Positions 12,046 to 23,375 of a stretch of 32,000 nucleotides of DNA are shown here, in pieces (position 1 is the first letter of the stretch; every line of letters begins with the position of its first letter). Made by a program: the position numbers and the translations under genes. The stretch lies in the sequence record LT986467.1, one strand, 5' to 3'. The notes below the pieces were generated by a model, which was not told where the DNA came from, did not search any database, and saw only the letters and a list, made by a program, of their open reading frames with translations.

Positions 12046-12845
12046 AAAATATAAATATAAATCTTATAATAAAATTAAACATAATTAATTATATAAAAAA
12101 TAAAATATAATATAATTATAAATATAATATAATATATATATATATAAAAATATATATATAATTTATTAATTTAAATATTAATTAATATAATTAAATATAA
12201 TAAAAATTATAATATTAATACATTAATATTATATAAATATATAATATTAATTATATAAGTAATTCAATCACTTATTATTTAATATTATTAAAATAATAAA
12301 TCGAACTATTGTTATTATATCATGTTTATATTAATATATTAATAGGATCAAAACTATTATTCATCTTACCTTTTTAATGATAAATCATTAATTATTATTA
12401 ATAATTATATCTTCATATTATATTATATTATTTATAAAATTATATTTATCATAATTTTATTTAAATTTTATTATAAGAATTTATTAATTTTTATAGTAAT
12501 AAAAAGTATTAATAAAAATATAATATTATTATAAATGTATATTAAATTTTTATATTATATCTTTTTTTATTATTAATAATATTAATTTATATATTTATTA
12601 GTATATATATAAATATTTTTTATAGATTATAATTATTATATATAATTATTAATTATTTCTATGTAATATTATAATTTATATATAATATATAATTATATAT
12701 AATATATATATTTATTTCTTTTTTATATTTTTTTTTATTAATCCCCTTTTTATATAAAATTAATTATAATTTATATAATTTTTTTATAATAATTATTTTT
12801 ATTAAATTATTTGTTATATATTATAAAATAATAATAAATAATAAT

Positions 12846-12916
12846 AAGGATATAGTTTAATGGTAAAACTATTGATTTCAAATCAATCATTAGGAGTTCA
12901 AATCTCTTTATCCTTG
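12846..12916 (+). tRNA. trnW: tRNA-Trp (anticodon UCA, reads UGA and UGG)
   Basis: AAGGATATAGTTTAATGGTAAAACTATTGATTTCAAATCAATCATTAGGAGTTCAAATCTCTTTATCCTTG. The acceptor is AAGGATA/TATCCTT. The anticodon loop is TTTCAAA. The T arm is AGGAG-TTCAAAT-CTCTT. Confidence 0.93.
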
Positions 12917-12949
<33 letters not shown>

Positions 12950-13117
12950 TATGTATTTATTTAAATATTTATATAATATAATATAATATAATATTATATA
13001 AATAAATACTTTTAAATATTCTTAATTAATATATTTATCATAATAAAATATATTATATATTATTAATGATTATAATATATTAATATATCATAATTATAAT
13101 CAATATTATATTATTTA

Positions 13118-13182
13118 GTACCGATACCCAAAATAGAAGTACCGGTCCCCAAAGGGAACCAATACCCCTAATAGGAGTGAAC
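13118..13182. repeat. GC cluster
   Basis: GTACCGATACCCAAAATAGAAGTACCGGTCCCCAAAGGGAACCAATACCCCTAATAGGAGTGA, followed by (TTTTA)7 at 13191-13225. Confidence 0.6.
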
Positions 13183-13602
13183 ATCTTTATTTTATTTTAT
13201 TTTATTTTATTTTATTTTATTTTATAAAGGAATTCATTGTTATAATGATTTATGATTAATAAATAAAGAAAGAATTAAATATAATAATATTCATAAGATA
13301 ATAAATAATATTAATAATAATATATAAATATTATAATTGATTTATATAATATTTAATAAAAAAGTATAAATAATATTATATTTTCTTTTGATAATTATAA
13401 TAATTTATTTTTATAAAGAATATATATAATATAAAATATTATGATATTAATTTTATCATAACATATAATGTTTTTTTTATTTATTTATTTATAATAATTA
13501 TAATATTATAAATAAATAATAAATGAAAAGTATTAATTAATAGATTCTTATAATTAAATATATTACGAAAAATATATATTTTTTATGAGTGTTATATTAT
13601 TA

Positions 13603-13674
13603 TCAGATAGGATAGACTCGAACTAACTAGATCTTTCTCCCAAAGAAAGCGCCTGACCTTTTGGCTTCTATCTG
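13603..13674 (-). tRNA. trnP: tRNA-Pro (anticodon UGG)
   Basis: The rc reads CAGATAGAAGCCAAAAGGTCAGGCGCTTTCTTTGGGAGAAAGATCTAGTTAGTTCGAGTCTATCCTATCTGA. The acceptor is CAGATAG/CTATCTG. The anticodon stem is CTTTC/GAAAG with loop TTTGGGA. Confidence 0.9.
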
Positions 13675-14334
13675 TATTAATATATAATATATATTCTAAA
13701 AAAAATAAATAATAAAATAAATAATATATATATATTAATTTATTTAATACTTTTAATAAATATTAATATAAGATATTTACCTTTTTATAAAATTATAATT
13801 AATTTTATATTAATTCTTATTAATAATTTATAAATTATATATAATAATATGGAATTAATATTATTAGATATTTATTTCTATTAAATAAATTTTATATCTT
13901 TATAATATATAAATATATTTATTAAATAATTAAAATAATATAATAATTATATTTTTATTATTAATCAATTAATTAATTAATTAATTAATTATATATATAT
14001 ATATATAATTTGTATAAAGAATAAATAAACACTTTTTATATATCTATTTAATATTTTATAAAAGATATATAATTATAATTATAATAATAATACGATATTC
14101 ATATCTATTTTTATAATAGATAGATAGATAGATAGATATTTATTCCTTATTTTTTTATTAATAAATAAAGATGTTTATTTTTATTTTTATTTTTATTTTT
14201 ATTTTTATTTTTATTAAATAAAGAGATACTATAAATAAATCATAAATTATATATTATTATCAATAATAATAATTTATTTGATTAGATTATTAATAATTAA
14301 AGGATTTTATATTTTATTATAAATTTATATATAT

Positions 14335-14700
14335 ATATTAAGAATTAATTATGAATATGGATATTATATTATAATTAAGCATATTTCTGTATAATAATAT
14401 AACTATTCTAATATATATATGTATTATTATTTTTTATATAATATATATATATATAGACTATATTTATATATTTATTAAGTTTTATTTTCATATTATTTAT
14501 TTATACTAATTACTTTATTAATATTATATTAATTTATATATATTTTTATTTTTATTATAATTTTATTTAATATAATGAATTTTTAATATATCAATAATAA
14601 TAAATAAAATATATAATTTATTTATTATTATATATAATTATATAATATAATTTATATATTTATGACTTTCCTATTAATAATATAAATATCTTATTCAATA
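14335..14700 (-). ncRNA. RPM1: Mitochondrial RNase P RNA; ends are approximate
   Basis: The rc of 14664-14671 is GGAAAGTC (a CR-I-like block). The rc of 14375-14390 is ACAGAAATATGCTTAA (a CR-V-like block). The gene lies between tRNA-fMet and tRNA-Pro, as in S. cerevisiae. The rest is AT-rich, so the termini cannot be fixed from sequence. Confidence 0.7.
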
Positions 14701-14905
14701 AATTAAAGTTAATATATTATTTTATTAATTAATTAATTAATATTTTTTTAATAATAATTTATATATCATTTATTAATTTTATAATTAATAATTAAAATAT
14801 TATATATCTTAAAATTATTTTATTTTTTATAAAATATAAAAACTTATAATATATTTAATTATCTTTTTATATACTTTTTTTTTATAATATTATATATTAA
14901 TTTAT

Positions 14906-14978
14906 TAGCAATAATACGATTTGAACGTATATAATTAGGTCATGACCCTAAAATGTTAACCAATTACATCATATTGCA
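14906..14978 (-). tRNA. trnfM: tRNA-Met (anticodon CAU), initiator type
   Basis: The rc reads TGCAATATGATGTAATTGGTTAACATTTTAGGGTCATGACCTAATTATATACGTTCAAATCGTATTATTGCTA. The anticodon is CAT. Positions 1:72 are mismatched (U-U), as expected for an initiator. The gene lies upstream of RPM1. Confidence 0.88.
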
Positions 14979-15004
14979 TTTATATAATTATATTTATATT
15001 ATAT

Positions 15005-15013
15005 TACTTATAA
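15005..15013 (-). promoter_or_regulatory. Promoter nonamer for the tRNA-fMet / RPM1 / tRNA-Pro unit
   Basis: The plus strand reads tacttataa, rc TTATAAGTA. It lies 27 nt upstream of the tRNA-fMet 5' end. Confidence 0.7.
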
Positions 15014-15291
15014 AATATATATATATATAATTTTTATAAAAATAATAAAAAATAAAATATATATAACCTTTATTATTATATCATATAATATTATATTTAT
15101 AAACATATTTATAAACATATATAAAACATATTTATAATATATTTAAAATATTATTAAAAATAATAAAAAAAAAAAGATAGATAAATATATATATATAAAT
15201 AAATTTTATGTAATTAATATTATGAAAATTAATAATTATTATTAATAAACATCTTATATTTATATTTATTTAATATATTTATTAAGTGAAT

Positions 15292-15368
15292 ACCTTCCAT
15301 GACCACAAGGGAGGAGTTCCAATTAATTGAATTGGGGTCCGGTCACGGGAACCGAAACCCCGACAGGT
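15292..15368. repeat. Composite GC cluster
   Basis: ACCTTCCATGACCACAAGGGAGGAGTTCC ... GGGGTCCGGTCACGGGAACCGAAACCCCGACAGG. Confidence 0.7.
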
Positions 15369-15636
15369 GTTATTTATTAAGTATATTTATTAATATATTA
15401 ATATCTAAAAGATAAAATAAATTATATAATATATATACATATATATATGTATATAATATATTATTATTATTATTATTAATTTTATATAGATTATTATATT
15501 TATTAAAAATATTTATCTCTTTTTATATTAATTAATTATTTTATTGAATTTTATATTATTTAATAAAAATTTTATAATATTCATATTCTTTAAAATTTAT
15601 TATTTTATTATTAATAAATTAAAGGAGTTAATAATA

Positions 15637-15684
15637 CCCCCACGGGCGCCCGTTGTTCACCGGTTTGGTCCCGCGGGGGAGGGG
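15637..15684. repeat. M-type GC cluster, in the opposite orientation to the 5205 copy
   Basis: CCCCCACGGGCGCCCGTTGTTCACCGGTTTGGTCCCGCGGGGGAGGGG aligns to the reverse complement of 5205-5249. Confidence 0.75.
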
Positions 15685-16049
15685 AAAATATTATTAATAA
15701 ACAATTAAATAATGTTAATTTGTATTATATTAATATTATATATATAATAAATATTATATCTCTTTTTATAAATTATAATTAAATATATTATTATAATACA
15801 AAATAAAAATAGTATATTAAATATTATTTTAATTCATATTATTATTTATTATTTTATTATTTTTATATTTATTTATATTATTTATATATATATTAATTTA
15901 TATCTCAGTATAAAAATTAATAAATTTTATTATATATTTTATTAAAAGAATTAATTAATATTAATATTAATTGGAAGTATATGTATTATAATATAAATAT
16001 ATATTATTATTATTTATATATATATATTTAAATATTTATATTTATATGT

Positions 16050-16108
16050 ATGGGTCCCAATTATTATTTTATATAATAATTATTTAAGGACCCAAATATC
16101 TTCTTGTT
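16050..16108 (-). repeat. Decayed ori A/B hairpin
   Basis: TGGGTCCCAATTATTATTTTATATAATAATTATTTAAGGACCCAAATATCTTCTTG. No cluster C is present downstream. Confidence 0.55.
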
Positions 16109-16301
16109 ATTAATTTATTATATTATATATAATATTATTTATTTTTTATACTTTTTATTATAATATTTATAATTTTATTAATATATCCTTTATGATATAT
16201 TTATTTAATAATAATTTATTATATATTTTTATATTATTAAATAAAATAAACTTTTATTTATATATAATTATAAATAAATAAAGATAAATAAAATATTTAT
16301 C

Positions 16302-16333
<32 letters not shown>

Positions 16334-16411
16334 TTTTATTAAATACTTTATTATTTATTAATATATTTATCCTATAATTATTATTATAAGAATTATATAA
16401 TTTTAATAATA

Positions 16412-16695
16412 AAAACTTTTTATATTATATTATATTATTTGATTATATTATATAATGTTAATATAAATTATATTTTATATTTATTAATATTATAATATAA
16501 ATATTATGATATAACTATTTATTAAATTTTATTATATATACTTATTTTTTATATTTATAATATAACTATTTATTAAATTTTTTTATATATTTTTTATATT
16601 TATAATATAATGAAACAATAGAATTTTATATTATCTATGAATAACTAATAATATTTAATTCGTATTATATTAATATTAATATTACATAAAATTAA
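16412..16695 (+). repeat. Dispersed AT-rich repeat, copy 2 (partner at 7185-7415), with an internal tandem duplication of about 52 nt
   Basis: It has the same ordered anchors as copy 1. The block ataactatttattaaatttt...atatttataatat occurs twice, near 16505 and 16557. Confidence 0.6.
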
Positions 16696-16924
16696 TAATT
16701 AATTTTTTATAATTATTATTTATTATTATTAATATTTATAATATTTATTTAATAATTATTATAATAAGAAATTATAAAAGTCATATGATTATTACTTTTT
16801 TTTAATAATTATATATATATATATATTTTTTATATATATTTTTATTATTTTATATATATATATTATTATATATATAATAATATATTATTATTTATATATT
16901 ATTTTTATATTTTATATTATAGAT

Positions 16925-16980
16925 GGGGTCCCAATTATTATTAAAAATAATAATTTATTATGGGACCCGGATATCTTATT
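16925..16980 (-). repeat. Solo ori A/B hairpin, 306 nt before the next complete ori
   Basis: GGGGTCCCAATTATTATTAAAAATAATAATTTATTATGGGACCCGGATATCTTATTG. There is no cluster C before the next A cluster at 17231. Confidence 0.7.
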
Positions 16981-17230
16981 GTTTATTATTTATATATTAT
17001 TAACTTTATTTATTATTTATATTATTTATTATACATTATTTTTATTAATATATTTATTTATCCCCTTTATAATTTTATTTATTTATAATATTTATAAAAT
17101 TTTATTTATAATAATTTATTTATTTATATAATATTTTAATATTTATATATAAATTATATATAATTTATATATAAATTATTTATTATATTTATATATATAT
17201 ATATATTATTAATTATTTATATTTTTATAT

Positions 17231-17517
17231 GGGGGGGGTCCCAATTATTATTTTCAATAATAATTTATTATGGGACCCGGATATCTACTTGTTCTTATTT
17301 ATTATATTATTAATTTTATTTTATATTTATATTTATATTATATCATTAATTATATCGTTTAAACTTTTATTTATATTATATAATTTATTATATTATTATG
17401 ATATATTTTATTGATTATATTATAAAATTTATTTAATGTATGCTTAATATATATTATTCATTTTAGTTTCTAATCACCCACCCCCTCCCCCTATAAAATT
17501 TAATTTATTACTTATAT
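17231..17517 (-). other. ori/rep element, intact
   Basis: GGGGGGGGTCCC at 17231-17242. GGGACCCGG at 17272-17280. Cluster C rc at 17473-17491. Uninterrupted promoter rc tacttatat at 17509-17517. Confidence 0.85.
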
Positions 17518-18096
17518 ATTAACAAAACTATAAAAATAAAATATTAATAATAATAAAATATTTATATATTAATTAAATAATAATTTTTATTAAATATATA
17601 ATTTTATAAAAAATTATAAAATTAATATATTAATTAATATAATATAAACTTTTAATAATAATTTATAATACTATTATAAATACAAAAAAATAAAAATAAT
17701 AAATATTAATAATATTATAAAAATTAGTATAAGATTTAATATTATTTAATAGTTAAATATTAAATATCTTTTTAAAATATCAATTAATTAAATTAGGGAT
17801 CATAATAGCTAATTAATTAAATTGTAAAGGGGATTCTTTAATATATTAAAATATTATTTATATTATCTATAAATATAAAAATTTCAATATTTTTTAGTAA
17901 TATATTTTAATACTTCATTATTAAAAATAACTTAATAAAAATTAATAAATAATTATCATGAATTATTTATATTTTTATATAAATATTAAAGTATATTCAT
18001 CTTTAATAAATAAAGGATTTATTTATTTTATTAAAAATAATTTAACTATTATATAAAACTTTATAAAAAATTTTATATTTATAATAATTTTATTAA

Positions 18097-18172
18097 CGAG
18101 GGGTGACCGAACCCTTTCCTCATGGGAAGGGAGTCCCACAATCCATCCGGGATTTCGATTCCCTTATCATAT
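18097..18172. repeat. Unclassified GC-rich island
   Basis: CGAGGGGTGACCGAACCCTTTCCTCATGGGAAGGGAGTCCCACAATCCATCCGGGATTTCGATTCCC. It is unlike the other cluster families in the window. Confidence 0.5.
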
Positions 18173-18963
18173 CCTAAACTAATAATTAATTCTTATTATA
18201 ATAAATTATTTCAACATTTTTATATCATTATAAAAAATTATAATATTTATTATATAATAAAAGAATATTATATAACTTTTTTTTTTTTAATAATAATATT
18301 TAATTTTTATAAATATAATTATACTTTATTATATTTATTATATAAATTTTATTTAAATAAATTAAAATAATATTTTATATTTTATATATTAATAAAAAAT
18401 CTTATTAAAATTAATATTTAGTTTATTTTAATAATCATGATTTGCTATTTATATAATATAACAATGACAATATAATATTAAAAGAATCTTTTTAATATAA
18501 TAATAAATATATACAAATTCTTATAATAAATTTTATTTTTTATATTTATAATAATTTATAGATATATATATTAGTATATTTAATTTTATTTTATTTTTAT
18601 TTAATTAATAAAAATATTATTATATAATTTATTATTTGTTTTAATTAAATATTTATTTATATACTTTTTTAATAAAAATAAGATTATTAATAATAGGTAA
18701 TATTTTTATATTATTTTTATATTGATAAATCTTATTAAATTATACTTTTTTTTATTTATTTCTTTATTATTATTAATATTTTTAATATTTATCCAATAAT
18801 TATTATAATGAATAATTATAAAAGTTATATGATTATTATTTTATTATTAATTTTTAATATAATTATAAATATAATTTTTTATATATATTTTATTATTTTT
18901 ATATATATATATATATAATAATATATTATTATTTATATATTATTAATTATTTATATTTTATAT

Positions 18964-19323
18964 GGGGGGGTCCCAATTCAATTATTATTTTTAATAATAA
19001 TTTATTATGGGACCCGGATATCTTCTTGTTTATCATTTATTATTTTAATAATTTGATTATTATTTAATATTTATAATTTATTTTATACAATTTATTATAT
19101 TGTTTATACTCCTTCAGGGTCCCCGACGGGAACTTTATATTTATTATTAATTATATTATATTATTATAATATATTTAATTGATTATATTAATACATTTAT
19201 TCTATGTATGCTTTATATATATTTAATAGTTTGGTTATTTATTATAAAATTTTATTTATTATAAAAATTTTATTTATTACTTATCCGAGGTCCCGATTTC
19301 GTAATAAATAGGGACTTATATAT
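18964..19323 (-). other. ori/rep variant: the A/B hairpin is present, a beta-type GC cluster is inserted, cluster C is absent, and the promoter is split by a GC cluster
   Basis: GGGGGGGTCCC...GGGACCCGG at 18964-19017. CTCCTTCAGGGTCCCCGACGGGAAC at 19109-19133. The sequence agtttggttatttattataaaatttt occupies the position where other copies have agtttggttattGATCACCCACCCCCTCCCCCTataaaatt. The promoter is interrupted as tacttat|ccgaggtcccgatttcgtaataaatagggac|ttatatatt (19278-19323). Confidence 0.75.
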
Positions 19324-20404
19324 TAAATATTAAAAATTTATAATATTCTAAATTAATAATAAATTAATATCTTAATAATTAATATACTCCTTTTTTTTTT
19401 ATAATATTATTCTTATTATAATTTCTTTTATGTTTATATTTTATTATTATTTAATAATATGTTCATTTTTTATAAAAATTATTTATAAATATCTTTATAA
19501 TTTATATTTATAATTAAATGATAATATTTTATTTTAATATAATTAATTAAATAATTAATAATAATAATAAGATTATAATAATATTAATATATAAAATATA
19601 ATAACTTTTACTTTATGATATATATTTATCATTATATATATAATTTATTAAATTATTATAGTCCTACCTTTATTTATTAATCATAAATTATAAATAATTA
19701 TAAAAAGTTAATAGATATAAAAATAATAAAAATATTATTTATATATATCATTATAAATTATTAATAATATCATAATATATTTAATTATGAATATAAATTA
19801 TTAATAATACCATAATATATTAAATTATGAATATATAATTATTAATTCTTATTAAATTATTTATTATAATAGATAATATATTATTTAATATGTAATATAT
19901 TATATATAATACATATAATATATTTTATTTTTATAATATAATATATAATATAAATAACCTTATTTAATATATATATATATATAAATTTATATATATAAAT
20001 AAAATATATATTCTATAAATCTTCTATATATATTAAATACACTTTTTTAAAGGTTTATTTAAATATAATAACTATAAAATTATTCATATATTTTTTATTA
20101 ATAATAATAATGATTATAAATTAATTTTTAATAATTAAAAAAAAATAAGGTTTATTATAATTAATTAATTAATTAATTAATAATAATTTATTTATTATAA
20201 TTAAATTATTTATCATTTATATATATATATATATATATTTTTATTTTAATATTAAATCAATAATAATATATATTATATTATACTTTTTATTAATATTATA
20301 ATAAGGATAACTATATAATAAATTATATTATATGATATAATATGATATTATATCATAATTGAAATATATATAAAATATAAAAAATAACATTATTATATTT
20401 ATCT

Positions 20405-20455
20405 CCTGTGGGATCAATATTATTTGGTATATATGAACAATTGGATTGGATTGTG
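20405..20455 (+). repeat. Degenerate M-type GC-cluster relative (GGGATCAA...GGTATATATGAACAA), copy A
   Basis: cctgtgggatcaatattatttggtatatatgaacaattggattggattgtg. It aligns with 23629-23693 and with the reverse complements of 21758-21843 and 27427-27473. Confidence 0.65.
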
Positions 20456-20598
20456 TTATGTTAATTTGGATTTATAAAATAAATTTTATTAATTATATTA
20501 ATATTAAAAATAAATAAATAATATATAATGATTATATTATTAAGTTTTAATTAATAAAGGATTGGATAAGGATAAAAATATATAATAATTTATATTAT

Positions 20599-20610
20599 AA
20601 GAATATTATT
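20599..20610 (-). terminator. 3' mRNA-processing dodecamer for COX3
   Basis: The plus strand reads aagaatattatt, rc AATAATATTCTT, an exact match. It lies 97 nt downstream of the COX3 stop codon. Confidence 0.75.
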
Positions 20611-20706
20611 ATAATAATATAAAATATATATATAAATTACAATATATTAATTATTATTAATTATTAATAATATATATATTAATGATTTATATATAATTTT
20701 ATTATT

Positions 20707-21516
20707 TTAAACACCTCATCAATAGAATAGTACATATAAAAATAATCAGATAACATCTAAAACATGTAGATAAATAATAGTTGTTTCATATCCAACATGA
20801 TGTCCAGCTGTTAAATGATAATTTCTCATTCTTCAATAATTAACACCTAACATAGCTGCTAACATTACCATATGTAAGAAATGTAATCCTGTACCAGCAT
20901 AGAATACTGAACCATAAACACCATCAGAAATAGTAAATGCAGCATTAGTATATTCAATATATTGACATATTACAAAAATAACAATTAATCAGAATGTAAT
21001 TAATAAACCTGATAAAGCTTTATTTCTATTACCTGCAATTAAAGCATGATGACTATAAGTTACAGTAGCACCAGAAGATAATAAGATAATAGTATTTAAT
21101 AAAGGTAATTCAGTTGGTTGTACAGCTTCAATACCTACAGGTGGTCAACATGCACCTAATAGTACATCAGGACTTATAGCTGAATGGAAATAAGCTCAGA
21201 ATAAACCAGCAAAGATTAATACTTCAGATAATACAAACATTAAGAAACCTAAATTAATACCTTTTCTTACTGCTATAGTATGATCACCTAAATATGTAGC
21301 TTCTGATACAATATCTCTAAATCATAAAATAGAACTTGTTAATAATACAAATAATGCTAAATATACCATATTTATATTACCAATATAACCATGCATTGTT
21401 AATGCTAGTGATAATGCTAATGATAATAATGCAAATGATACTACAATTGGTCATGGTGATGGCATAACCATATGAAATGGATGTTGTTGATGTCTACTTC
21501 TTTCTAAATGTGTCAT
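20707..21516 (-). CDS. COX3: Cytochrome c oxidase subunit 3 (269 aa, table 3)
   Basis: The rc from 21516 translates as [32 protein letters not shown]..., with TGA read as Trp. The C-terminus reads ...DVIWLFLYV(T)FYWWGV followed by TAA at 20707-20709. The length is 810 nt and is in frame. Confidence 0.95.
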
Positions 21517-21757
21517 AAATTTATTGTTTATATATATATATTATATAGATAATATAATAATAATAATATTATCTTATAAATAATTTATTTAATATAATAA
21601 TATATTACTTTTTTTATTTATTAAAATTTATATATATATAATTCAATATATATTTAAATTAAATTCAATATAATAAATAATACAATTGAATTAATACCTA
21701 ATTTTATTCAATTATTAATAATATAACTACCACTATTATAATTAAGATACAATTAAA

Positions 21758-21843
21758 CTCGATTGTTCATATACATATACATATACATATATATATATAT
21801 ATACATCGAATAATATAATATAATGTAATGTAATATTGATCCC
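21758..21843 (-). repeat. Degenerate M-type relative, copy D, with an internal (ATACAT)n/(AT)n expansion
   Basis: ctcgattgttcatataca[tatacatatacatatatatatatatatacatcgaataat...]attgatccc has the same ends as 27427-27473. It lies 240-330 nt upstream of the COX3 ATG. Confidence 0.55.
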
Positions 21844-22147
21844 TAATTTACATTATAGGTAAAAATAATTAATTTGTATTTAATATAATTTATTTAAATA
21901 TTTTATTTTATTATTATTATTATTATTAATATAATATTTATAAGATATATTATATTATATTATATATATTTTTTATTATTTATATTTATAATTAATATAA
22001 ATCATTGATAATATCTTCTTTTTATTTATTTATTTATTATTATAATAAAAAGAATCTTTATATTAATTTTATTTACTTTATTTTTTTTTTTATTATTTAT
22101 AAATAAATATTATTATATTAAGATAGATATAATATTATATCTAGATT

Positions 22148-22220
22148 TAGGAAATATAGGATTCGAACCTATAATCTTTCGTGTGTAAAACGAATGCTAT
22201 ACCAATTAAGCTAATCTCCT
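22148..22220 (-). tRNA. trnV: tRNA-Val (anticodon UAC)
   Basis: The rc reads AGGAGATTAGCTTAATTGGTATAGCATTCGTTTTACACACGAAAGATTATAGGTTCGAATCCTATATTTCCTA. The anticodon stem is TTCGT/ACGAA with loop TTTACAC. Confidence 0.92.
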
Positions 22221-22385
22221 TTATAAAATATATACTTTTATTAATTATTATAATTATTATTTTATTTATTTATATATATATAATTATAATAATTCATATA
22301 ATTATTATAATCATTACAATTAAATTTATTAATAATTATTTAATTTAATATACAAGATATTTATTTATATATATATATACTTTTT

Positions 22386-22394
22386 TTATAAGTA
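22386..22394 (+). promoter_or_regulatory. Promoter nonamer for tRNA-Thr(UAG)
   Basis: TTATAAGTA on the plus strand, 135 nt upstream of the only other plus-strand gene nearby. Confidence 0.65.
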
Positions 22395-22528
22395 GTATAT
22401 TATATTTTATATATAATTATATTTATAATTTTTTATTATAAATTATATATAATAATATATTAATAATAATAAGTTTTTTATAATATAATTAAAAAGTAAA
22501 ATTCCTTTTAAAAAGGAATACCAAAAGA

Positions 22529-22600
22529 GTAAATATAATTTAATGGTAAAATGTATGTTTTTAGGTGCATATTATCTAAGTTCAAATCTTAGTATTTACA
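22529..22600 (+). tRNA. trnT1: tRNA-Thr (anticodon UAG, 8-nt anticodon loop). This is the yeast mitochondrial tRNA that reads CUN as Thr.
   Basis: GTAAATATAATTTAATGGTAAAATGTATGTTTTTAGGTGCATATTATCTAAGTTCAAATCTTAGTATTTACA. The acceptor is GTAAATA/TATTTAC. The T arm is CTAAG-TTCAAAT-CTTAG. The anticodon loop is TTTTAGGT (8 nt). It is on the opposite strand to its neighbours, as in S. cerevisiae. Confidence 0.92.
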
Positions 22601-23189
22601 AAAAAAAAAAAATTAATATAAAATAAATTTATTAAGTTATTATTTTTCTTTATATAAATAAAAACTGAATATCAAATTTTATTTATTATTGATAATTATT
22701 TATTATATAATATTTTATATTAATTATAATAAATATATATAAATTTTATTATAATTCTAAATAATATATCTTTTATATATATATTAATATATATATATAT
22801 AATTATAGATATTTACCCCTTTTTTAATATAAAAACTCCTTCCTTATGGTCATGGGGTTATTTATAAGGTGTTCATTTAATAATATAATATAATATAATA
22901 TAATATAATTAATGAATACCTTATATTTATATTTATAAATGTATAAACTTTTTATAATATTATTATAAAATGAATATCTTTATTTATAAAAATATAAATA
23001 AATAAATAAGAGATATAATATATCATCTTCAGTATTTGCTTTTATTTATTATTCATAAATCATAAATTATTATTTTTAATAATTATTTATTAAAGATGAA
23101 TTGGACTAAATATAAATATATTATATATATATTAATTATTATAAATACATTTATTATTAATTAATTATTAATTAATATATTATTATTAT

Positions 23190-23261
23190 TGCCCTTAATG
23201 AGAATCGAACTACATGTAAATAAATCTTCAATTTATCGCTTTACCACTAAGCTATAAAAGC
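23190..23261 (-). tRNA. trnF: tRNA-Phe (anticodon GAA)
   Basis: The rc reads GCTTTTATAGCTTAGTGGTAAAGCGATAAATTGAAGATTTATTTACATGTAGTTCGATTCTCATTAAGGGCA. Confidence 0.92.
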
Positions 23262-23280
23262 TATATATAATACTTATTAT

Positions 23281-23289
23281 TACTTATAA
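23281..23289 (-). promoter_or_regulatory. Promoter nonamer upstream of tRNA-Phe
   Basis: The plus strand reads tacttataa, rc TTATAAGTA. It lies 20 nt upstream of the tRNA-Phe 5' end. Confidence 0.7.
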
Positions 23290-23375
23290 TATAATATATA
23301 TATAAATTTATATGATAATACAAAAAGTTAATATATAAAAAAAAAGTATATATAAAAAAGATATAAAATAAAATT

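Noticed and set aside
18140-18172. T-arm-like hairpin GGGA-TTTCGAT-TCCC, suggesting a tRNA or tRNA pseudogene
   Set aside because: I could not find a matching acceptor stem, D arm or anticodon arm in the flanking 80 nt on either strand.
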